Shown one piece after another: positions 1 through 6,323 of a stretch of DNA of 64,000 bases (its first letter is position 1; each line of letters starts with the position of its first letter). Below the pieces are notes generated by a model that saw only the letters and a list, made by a program, of their open reading frames with translations, searched no databases and was not told where the DNA came from. Made by a program: the position numbers and the translations under genes. Source of the DNA: an uncultured virus (IMG/VR IMGVR_UViG_3300025687_000023) (Duplodnaviria > Heunggongvirae > Uroviricota > Caudoviricetes); the IMG/VR virus record IMGVR_UViG_3300025687_000023, one strand, 5' to 3'.

Positions 1-1
1 A

Positions 2-130
2 GGAGGTAAAGGACATACAAGACCTAGTTTTAACAAATCTAAGTCTGCACCTCCCGGTTTTGGAGTTCTAGAAGAAGAACAAGAGGATAAAAAGACTATA
101 AAGGTAAAAATAGCTAAAAAAAAAAGTTAA
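2..130 (+). CDS. 3' end of a hypothetical protein (truncated by the window start)
   Basis: Open frame GGKGHTRPSFNKSKSAPPGFGVLEEEQEDKKTIKVKIAKKKS ending TAA 128-130; read manually, not in the ORF track. Confidence 0.7.
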   Translation, partial: GGKGHTRPSFNKSKSAPPGFGVLEEEQEDKKTIKVKIAKKKS

Positions 131-135
131 ATTCT

Positions 136-480
136 ATGCTTGATGGCATATTAGACAAATATAAAGGTGATTTTGATCAAATTGCCAAAGAAGAAATGGA
201 ATACACGCTTGAAAAGTTTTATACTAAGCTTTGGAGCTTCATTTGTGATCAAAAAACAGTAATGTTACAACCAATTCATCTAAATATCAAAGAAAAACAA
301 CTATTTTACTCAAAATCAGATAAAAAACACCTTTTTCTTGGTCCAACTTGGCAAATGTACTTAATATCAGAGAAAAAAGACGAAAATGGGTGTGTTATGG
401 TCTATTCTCCCTATCTTTTTGCTCAAGGACAAGTGTTTTTAGTGCCTGAAAAGCTTATTATACGTCTAGGATACAATTAA
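136..480 (+). CDS. hypothetical protein
   Basis: 114-aa ORF tightly packed with its neighbours; no recognised motif. Confidence 0.7.
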   Translation: MLDGILDKYKGDFDQIAKEEMEYTLEKFYTKLWSFICDQKTVMLQPIHLNIKEKQLFYSKSDKKHLFLGPTWQMYLISEKKDENGCVMVYSPYLFAQGQVFLVPEKLIIRLGYN

Positions 481-481
481 A

Positions 482-607
482 ATGGAAAATTTGCTGCAAA
501 AAACACTATTATTTACTGTTTTAAGCTTATTTTGGCTTATTTTTTATCATTTTATTGGTTTTGAGGTCTCTGTAATACTAATTTTACTAATTATTATGAT
601 AAAATGA
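482..607 (+). CDS. small hydrophobic (putative membrane) protein, 41 aa
   Basis: ATG 482 to TGA 607: MENLLQKTLLFTVLSLFWLIFYHFIGFEVSVILILLIIMIK; fills the gap between two genes; below the ORF-track cutoff. Confidence 0.55.
   Translation: MENLLQKTLLFTVLSLFWLIFYHFIGFEVSVILILLIIMIK
586..593 (+). promoter_or_regulatory. putative late promoter motif ACTAATTA
   Basis: Copy of the recurrent nCTAWTTA motif, upstream of the GAGG SD and ATG 617. Confidence 0.5.
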
Positions 608-616
608 GGGTAAACT

Positions 617-1033
617 ATGAAAATATCAAAAGAAAAACTGCAAAAAATCATTAAAGAAGAGCTAGAAATGGCTCAAAATGGCTCTGAAATGCCCTATTCT
701 GGGCCTAAAATAGGGTCTAAAATGGACCAAAAACACCATGATTTAGAGGGTGATATGGCAAAAAGTCAGCTTTTTAACATTGCAAAGTACTCAATTGCAA
801 TGCTAAAAGCACTAGAAGATGACCAAGAACTAGAAGCTTGGGTGCAATCTAAGCTTACTTTAGCTCAAGACTATCTTGGAAAAGTAAAACATTACTTAGA
901 ATACGAACTTCAAGTAGAAATGGATGAGCCAAGTTTGGAAGAAATCAATAATTTATTAGAAAAAAAGCCTGAAGTTGACCTCGAAAAGGATAAAAACTAC
1001 GCCGGTCAAGGTCAATTTTTTTATGATGTATAA
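617..1033 (+). CDS. putative head-internal protein with MKISKEKLQKIIKEEL leader
   Basis: N-terminal motif shared with ORFs 6051, 6316 and 60781; GAGG SD. Confidence 0.65.
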   Translation: MKISKEKLQKIIKEELEMAQNGSEMPYSGPKIGSKMDQKHHDLEGDMAKSQLFNIAKYSIAMLKALEDDQELEAWVQSKLTLAQDYLGKVKHYLEYELQVEMDEPSLEEINNLLEKKPEVDLEKDKNYAGQGQFFYDV

Positions 1034-1049
1034 AAAACAAGGATAATTT

Positions 1050-1283
1050 ATGCTAGCAGAAGTTTATAAAACAAAATTTAATATAGGAGAGTACGTTAAA
1101 TGGCGTTCAATTTGTAGAAATGAAAACTATGAAGAACTTGTTCAGCTTCATGAGGGAATAATCATTAAACTTAGGCCTATTGTTGTTGGTGGAAGAAGTG
1201 TTTGGTATGCCGATATTATGGAAAATGGTGGCCGAGAACATCTTGTATTATTATCAAAAATAAGAAAAGTAGAAACTAATTAA
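1050..1283 (+). CDS. hypothetical protein, possible small SH3/KOW-like beta-barrel
   Basis: FNIGEYVKW..GIIIKL..WYADI..LVLLSKIRKV pattern; AAGGA SD. Confidence 0.55.
   Translation: MLAEVYKTKFNIGEYVKWRSICRNENYEELVQLHEGIIIKLRPIVVGGRSVWYADIMENGGREHLVLLSKIRKVETN
1275..1282 (+). promoter_or_regulatory. putative late promoter motif ACTAATTA (leaderless context)
   Basis: Starts 12 nt before ATG 1287; no SD. Confidence 0.5.
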
Positions 1284-1286
1284 ATT

Positions 1287-2213
1287 ATGACTTGTCAAAT
1301 AAACAATAATTCTAGTTTTGATATCTCTGAGATTGAAGATCTTATTCAAGATTTGTTTTCTTTCTCACAAAATCGTTTTGGTTTTGAAGATCCTCCTGTT
1401 TTAAATTTAATTTCTGATGAATCTAATACTTCTCCATTAGGAAAGACTGCTTATTATGATCCAAATTCTATGGAAATTACAATTTATGTTGATGGAAGAC
1501 ATCCAAAAGATATTATGAGATCATTTTCTCATGAACTTGTGCACCATAATCAAAATTTAAAAGGCGAATTTGCAAATATTGTTGGACAAGAAGGTTCGAA
1601 TTATGCACAAACTAATCCTCATTTGAGAAAAATGGAGAAAGAAGCCTATTTAAAAGGCAATATGTGCTTTAGAGATTGGGAGGATGGTTATAAATCTTCC
1701 AATCCAAACATTTTAAACGAAAGGAGAATATATAAAATGTCAATAAAAGATTGGAAAGATAAAGAACTTAACACACTTCTTAATGAAAAATGGGGTTTTT
1801 CAATGGATTTGAGTAGACTCAATGAATCAAAAAAGAAACCTGATGCTGACGGAGATGGTGTTCCTGATTGGGCTGATAAAAAAGATGGAAAAGATGATCA
1901 TGCTGAAGATAAGCCAAAGAAAAAAGCAAAGAAAGGCGAGATTCCTCCACAATTAAAACAACATGTAAAAGGAAAAAAAGAAAATATCAATGAAGGTGAA
2001 TCTGAATTAGAAGAAATCAAAGCTATGGTTCGACAAAACTTTGAAGGTGAAGAGTTGGATGACGCTACAATTAATCAAATAGCTAACATGATTAAGCAAA
2101 AGCGCGATAAGAATAAACCACCTCCTTCAAATTCTAGCGGAAATAATAGTTCTGGAGCACCTGCGCAGCCTTCTATGCAAGAAAGAAAACTTCGTAAACC
2201 AATAAGAAGATAA
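1287..2213 (+). CDS. HEXXH zinc metallopeptidase domain fused to a low-complexity, head-protein-like C-terminal half
   Basis: TAYY..ITIYV..HPKDIMRSFSHELVHHNQ..MEKEAY zincin pattern; DADGDGVPD Ca-binding-like motif; several L/I-x-E sites. Confidence 0.7.
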   Translation: MTCQINNNSSFDISEIEDLIQDLFSFSQNRFGFEDPPVLNLISDESNTSPLGKTAYYDPNSMEITIYVDGRHPKDIMRSFSHELVHHNQNLKGEFANIVGQEGSNYAQTNPHLRKMEKEAYLKGNMCFRDWEDGYKSSNPNILNERRIYKMSIKDWKDKELNTLLNEKWGFSMDLSRLNESKKKPDADGDGVPDWADKKDGKDDHAEDKPKKKAKKGEIPPQLKQHVKGKKENINEGESELEEIKAMVRQNFEGEELDDATINQIANMIKQKRDKNKPPPSNSSGNNSSGAPAQPSMQERKLRKPIRR

Positions 2214-2235
2214 TCAGAAAACAGTTAAAAAAATA

Positions 2236-3267
2236 ATGAAGAAAAAGATTATAGAAATTACAACAATTGAAGAATTAATGGAAATGGGTATGTCCGGTGG
2301 CGGTGTTGCTGGGCATGCTGGTCACCCTGTCGCTAAAAGACATAAACAACCATCAGCATCTGGATCAAATGGTCAGGGACAAGCAAACCATTTTAAACCA
2401 AAGGGCAAAGATATGAGACAAGAATTACAAACAGAAATGATGATGAGACAATACATCCGCAACAAAATTAAGAAACAATTGTGGGAAGAAAAAAAACAAG
2501 AAGAAAAACAAGAACACGAACTGCGTTTAGTTATCAGATCTTTAATTAAAGAAGCAAAAGAAAATGCTAACCCTCATCCCAACACTGGTATCAATAAATT
2601 GCGTGATGCTTTCCGTAAAGCAAAACCAACTCTTAAAGCAAAATATCAACAACTAACCACTTCATCAGAGCAAAGAGAAACTTTTTCTGCTCACATGCTA
2701 AGAGCTTTTGTTCGATTATTTGATGAGTTAGACGCACTTCAAGCCAAAGGAGATGTTGAAGGTGAAGTTGAAGACATAGAAACAGCAGTCGGTGAAGCTC
2801 CGGATTTGGGTCTAGAGGCTCCTCCAAAAGATAAAGAGGCTGATGATATTGAAGATGAATTAGACAGTCTTTTAGAGACAATTTTAAAAGAAGTAGCTAT
2901 AAATATACAAGATGACGAAATGGATATTGTTTCTGACGATGAAAAAGATGCTGAAGAAAAAGAAATTGAAGACAATAAGTCTCAAGCTGAAAAAGATTTT
3001 GAAAAGAAAAAAGAAGCTGATAAAGAAAAAGAAGAGTTTGGTTCTGGATTAGAAGGAGATGCTACTGGTCGTAACCAAGCTTTTGATGCTTTTCGTTTAG
3101 TTCAAACTTATTTTTCTGATGCTTATTTGGATCTATCTAATGAAGAAGACCAAAAGATGTATCGTGACTGGTGCCTGTACAACATGAAACTATTATTTCA
3201 AAACTTTGAAGAAGCACTTCCAACAAATCCTGAAGAACCAAATATTAAAAATCCTGAAGGTGCCTAA
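2236..3267 (+). CDS. acidic hypothetical protein, putative head-internal/scaffold-like
   Basis: 343 aa, very acidic, with internal LRxxIRxxIKE helices resembling the IIKEE leader family. Confidence 0.55.
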   Translation: MKKKIIEITTIEELMEMGMSGGGVAGHAGHPVAKRHKQPSASGSNGQGQANHFKPKGKDMRQELQTEMMMRQYIRNKIKKQLWEEKKQEEKQEHELRLVIRSLIKEAKENANPHPNTGINKLRDAFRKAKPTLKAKYQQLTTSSEQRETFSAHMLRAFVRLFDELDALQAKGDVEGEVEDIETAVGEAPDLGLEAPPKDKEADDIEDELDSLLETILKEVAINIQDDEMDIVSDDEKDAEEKEIEDNKSQAEKDFEKKKEADKEKEEFGSGLEGDATGRNQAFDAFRLVQTYFSDAYLDLSNEEDQKMYRDWCLYNMKLLFQNFEEALPTNPEEPNIKNPEGA

Positions 3268-3620
3268 TGTGGCAAAAGAAACGTAATGAAGTAAAAGGTA
3301 AATCTTATCATTATTCTACTATTAATCGCCTACAGAAAGAAAAGAAAATCGATGAAGTCTTCCTCTCGAGAATCAACCAATTAACTCTTGAGGAACTGAT
3401 AGCAATAAAACTTGAATCAGCTGCTCGCTTTATCAATCACAAATTGTATGGCTTTCCAATATGGAAGTCTCTCCATTGGATTTGCAGAGAAGCCGTCTTG
3501 ATGTTTGCTCTTTCCTCAACAAGATCGCTTAATGATGCGTCCTCATTTCTTGGCATCCCACAACAAGAATTTAAAGAAAATTTAAAAAAATTTAACATTT
3601 CTCTTGACAACGAAGAATAA
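3267..3620 (+). CDS. putative DNA-binding protein with a C-terminal Fis-like HTH
   Basis: AVLMFALSSTRSLNDASSFLGIPQQEFKENLKKF resembles the Fis HTH (AL..t.gn...AA..LGI....L...LKK); TAATG coupling. Confidence 0.55.
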   Translation: MWQKKRNEVKGKSYHYSTINRLQKEKKIDEVFLSRINQLTLEELIAIKLESAARFINHKLYGFPIWKSLHWICREAVLMFALSSTRSLNDASSFLGIPQQEFKENLKKFNISLDNEE

Positions 3621-3632
3621 GTATGTTATATT
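3604..3632 (+). promoter_or_regulatory. sigma70-type promoter with extended -10
   Basis: TTGACA 3604-3609, 17-bp spacer ending TGn, TATATT 3627-3632. Confidence 0.8.
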
Positions 3633-3656
3633 ATAAACATAACCTTTGGAGAGAGG

Positions 3657-4457
3657 ATGAAGAAAATAGTTTTATTTGATATGGATGGGACCTTAACCCC
3701 ACCAAGAAAAGAGTTAGATAGAGATTTAGTTCCCGCACTACGAGAGCTCGCTAAAATAAGCGAGATTGGAATTGTGACGGGTTCTGATCATAATTACGTT
3801 TTGCAACAAATGGGCTTGTTGATGGAGAATAGTGAGATACGTTACAAATTACATATCCTCCCCTGTAATGGCACAAAATATTATCCTCCTCCCCAAGCTG
3901 CCGCTCACTCGCATGAGCTTGCCTTTCAAAAAAACATGAGAGAAGAATTAGGTGAGCTTTCATTTTCCACAATTATGCGTTTTATTCTTCAACGACAAGC
4001 CCAGTTGCATCTTTATGACCTTCCGATGACAGGTCACTTTGTGGATTATAGAGGCTCAATGATAAACTGGTGTCCGATTGGAAGAAACGCAAACGATGCA
4101 GATAGAGAAAGGTTTCATCAAAAAGATGGTTTAGATTCTTCATTTAGAATGAACGAAATAAAAGGCTTTGAACATTTTTTAAAAAAAACCAATTTAGTAG
4201 ATAAAATAATGGTTAAACTTGGAGGAGAAACCTCCTTTGATATTTACCCAAAAGGTTGGGATAAAACCTTTGCCCTTCAACATTTTGAAGATTGGGAGTG
4301 CTGGTTTGTTGGAGATCGTTGCGGGCATAATGGAAATGATCAAGCTATTTACGAAAGGTTGAGGATTCACGGAAGAGCTTTTGAAGTTAAAACAACAAAA
4401 GACACTTTAAATCTTATTTTTGATGAGATAATTCCAAGAATTACCAACAGTAGATAA
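3657..4457 (+). CDS. phosphomannomutase, eukaryotic HAD-IIB type (PMM2/Sec53-like)
   Basis: LFDMDGTLTPPR, VTGSD, FVDYRGSMINWCPIGRN, GGETSFDIYPKGWDK and FVGDR..NGND align with the PMM2 motifs FDVDGTLT, FIEFRNGMLNVSPIGR, GGQISFDVFPDGWDK, FFGDK..GGND. Confidence 0.88.
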   Translation: MKKIVLFDMDGTLTPPRKELDRDLVPALRELAKISEIGIVTGSDHNYVLQQMGLLMENSEIRYKLHILPCNGTKYYPPPQAAAHSHELAFQKNMREELGELSFSTIMRFILQRQAQLHLYDLPMTGHFVDYRGSMINWCPIGRNANDADRERFHQKDGLDSSFRMNEIKGFEHFLKKTNLVDKIMVKLGGETSFDIYPKGWDKTFALQHFEDWECWFVGDRCGHNGNDQAIYERLRIHGRAFEVKTTKDTLNLIFDEIIPRITNSR

Positions 4458-4464
4458 TGAGATT

Positions 4465-4794
4465 ATGATTATGAAAATTTTTTATTTAAATCGCCTTGAA
4501 GATGAATCTGGTGTTTCTGGCACTGGAAGAGTTGCTCAAGGTTTTATTTTTGATAACGGTAAGGTTGCTCTAACTTGGTTATCAGAACACCCATCAGTTA
4601 CAATTTATGATAATATTGGAGAGGTTCACGCTATACACTCTCATGATGGAAAAACAGAAATTGAAATGATGCCAGATTATAAAAGAGCGTTTGGAGAACT
4701 TAAATCATTTATTGAAAACTTTTCCCTTGCAGAATCTTGCCTTTCTAAAGTTTTGGCTGACTCTGCCGCGGGAAAACTAATAACTAAAAACTAG
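4465..4794 (+). CDS. hypothetical protein (EDESGVSGTGRVAQG motif)
   Basis: 109-aa ORF in an operon context; function unknown; start could be 4471. Confidence 0.7.
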   Translation: MIMKIFYLNRLEDESGVSGTGRVAQGFIFDNGKVALTWLSEHPSVTIYDNIGEVHAIHSHDGKTEIEMMPDYKRAFGELKSFIENFSLAESCLSKVLADSAAGKLITKN

Positions 4795-4797
4795 TTA
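4790..4797 (+). promoter_or_regulatory. putative late promoter variant ACTAGTTA (leaderless context)
   Basis: Starts 12 nt before GTG 4802; no SD. Confidence 0.4.
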
Positions 4798-4801
4798 TAA
4801 A

Positions 4802-5293
4802 GTGGAAAAGTTATATACATTAAAGCTGGATGCATCGTGGCGACCTATCGAAGTTGTTGACGCTTTTAAAGGCGCAAATATGGTGCTTGGAGGTCGTGCA
4901 AGATTGTTGGAGGCATATGACACTGGACCTCACCCAACGCTTCTTTATCCGGCCGTTATCGTCCTTAAAAACTATATTCACAAACGACACTTTACTATGA
5001 CCTGTAATCGAAAGAATGTTGTTTGGAGAGATAAAAACACCTGTCAATATTGTGGAGGTGTTTTTTCATTTCAAGACCTTACTCTTGACCATGTTGTTCC
5101 TCAATTTCATGGTGGTGAAAGAGTTTGGGAAAATATCGTTGCTGCTTGCAAAAAATGCAATGGAAAGAAAGGGCATAAAAAACTTGAAGAAATTTCAATG
5201 AATCTCTTGACAAAGCCTAAAAAACCTGCTATAACTATAAGAGACTATTATAGACAAATTAAGTTTCCCGATTGTTGGGACAAATATATCTAA
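4802..5293 (+). CDS. HNH endonuclease (McrA-like)
   Basis: RDKNTCQYCG..LTLDHVVP..GG..WENIVAACKKCNGKKG. Confidence 0.9.
   Translation: MEKLYTLKLDASWRPIEVVDAFKGANMVLGGRARLLEAYDTGPHPTLLYPAVIVLKNYIHKRHFTMTCNRKNVVWRDKNTCQYCGGVFSFQDLTLDHVVPQFHGGERVWENIVAACKKCNGKKGHKKLEEISMNLLTKPKKPAITIRDYYRQIKFPDCWDKYI
5207..5235 (+). promoter_or_regulatory. sigma70-type promoter inside the HNH gene
   Basis: TTGACA 5207-5212, 17-bp spacer ending TGn, TATAAC 5230-5235. Confidence 0.65.
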
Positions 5294-5303
5294 AGGAGAT
5301 AAA

Positions 5304-5735
5304 ATGAGAGAAAGACCCGTAATAGCTGTGAGTGGAGGCTTTGACCCTGTTCATATTGGACACATACGTATGATTCTTGATGCTGCTCGTTATGGAGATG
5401 TTATGGTTATAATTAATTCTGACGATTGGCTGATGCGAAAAAAAGGATATGTCTTTATGCCATGGGAAGAAAGAGCTGAAATCATGGGAAATATTAAAGG
5501 AGTTCGTTTTGTAACTGCTGTCGATGATAACGATGGTACTGTTTGCGAAGCCCTTCGAAGACATAAACCAGACGCTTTTGCAAATGGCGGAGATCGTAAA
5601 ACCGAAAACACACCAGAAATGGACGTATGCGAAGAACTAGGAATTCAAATGATGTGGGCAATTGGAGGAAATAACAAACCTCAATCTTCATCATGGCTTG
5701 TTGATAAATTAAAGGAGAATCAAAATGGACGTTAA
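5304..5735 (+). CDS. cytidylyl/adenylyltransferase (HIGH family, TagD/RfaE-like)
   Basis: SGGFDPVHIGH, INSDDWL.RKKG, FANGGDR; AAGGAG SD. Confidence 0.85.
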   Translation: MRERPVIAVSGGFDPVHIGHIRMILDAARYGDVMVIINSDDWLMRKKGYVFMPWEERAEIMGNIKGVRFVTAVDDNDGTVCEALRRHKPDAFANGGDRKTENTPEMDVCEELGIQMMWAIGGNNKPQSSSWLVDKLKENQNGR

Positions 5736-5979
5736 AGAATTTTCAGAAAAATTAATGAGATTGTCAATGGACTTGCAAACTTGGCCTCTTTCAAAGCAAA
5801 AGGCTTTTACAGAATTATTATATGCTGCAAAGAAAGCTTATGAACTAGGTTTAACTCAAGAAGAAATACAATTGATTGTGGTTTCTGCTATACAGATATC
5901 ATCAAATCCTGAAATCAAACAATTGTTTTCTATTCTAACTGGAGAGTTTGACATAAACCCAGATGACGATTTCCAATAA
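5725..5979 (+). CDS. hypothetical protein
   Basis: 84 aa, AAGGAG SD, overlaps the upstream stop region. Confidence 0.7.
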   Translation: MDVKEFSEKLMRLSMDLQTWPLSKQKAFTELLYAAKKAYELGLTQEEIQLIVVSAIQISSNPEIKQLFSILTGEFDINPDDDFQ

Positions 5980-5989
5980 TTAAAAGAAG

Positions 5990-6015
5990 AAGCGAGGTCA
6001 AATCCTCGCTTTTTT
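5990..6015 (+). terminator. intrinsic terminator
   Basis: AAGCGAGG-tcaaat-CCTCGCTT stem-loop followed by a T-run. Confidence 0.85.
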
Positions 6016-6023
6016 GCTATTTA
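6016..6023 (+). promoter_or_regulatory. putative late promoter motif GCTATTTA
   Basis: Immediately after the terminator, upstream of the GGAG SD and ATG 6051. Confidence 0.5.
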
Positions 6024-6050
6024 CTGTAAATGAATTATGGAGTTGTGATA

Positions 6051-6323
6051 ATGAAAGTTTCAAAAGAAAAATTACAACAAATCATCAAAGAAGAGGTTGA
6101 AAAAGCTCAACAAGATGAAGAAGTTGTGAATTCAATAAATAAAATGAGAGATAAATTTAAAAAGCTTTATCAAGTTTTTAGCAAAATTAAAGGTGCGGAT
6201 AAACAAGAGCTTATCCTTTTAGATAAATTAATTGATGCCGCAATTTCTCAAATTCAACAAGGAAATGGAAGGCAAGCTTTGACTTATGCTCTTGAAAAAT
6301 TAGGAGTAAAAGTAAATGAATAA
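6051..6323 (+). CDS. putative head-internal protein with MKVSKEKLQQIIKEEV leader
   Basis: Start moved from 6030 to 6051 (GGAG SD; leader nearly identical to ORF 617). Confidence 0.65.
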   Translation: MKVSKEKLQQIIKEEVEKAQQDEEVVNSINKMRDKFKKLYQVFSKIKGADKQELILLDKLIDAAISQIQQGNGRQALTYALEKLGVKVNE

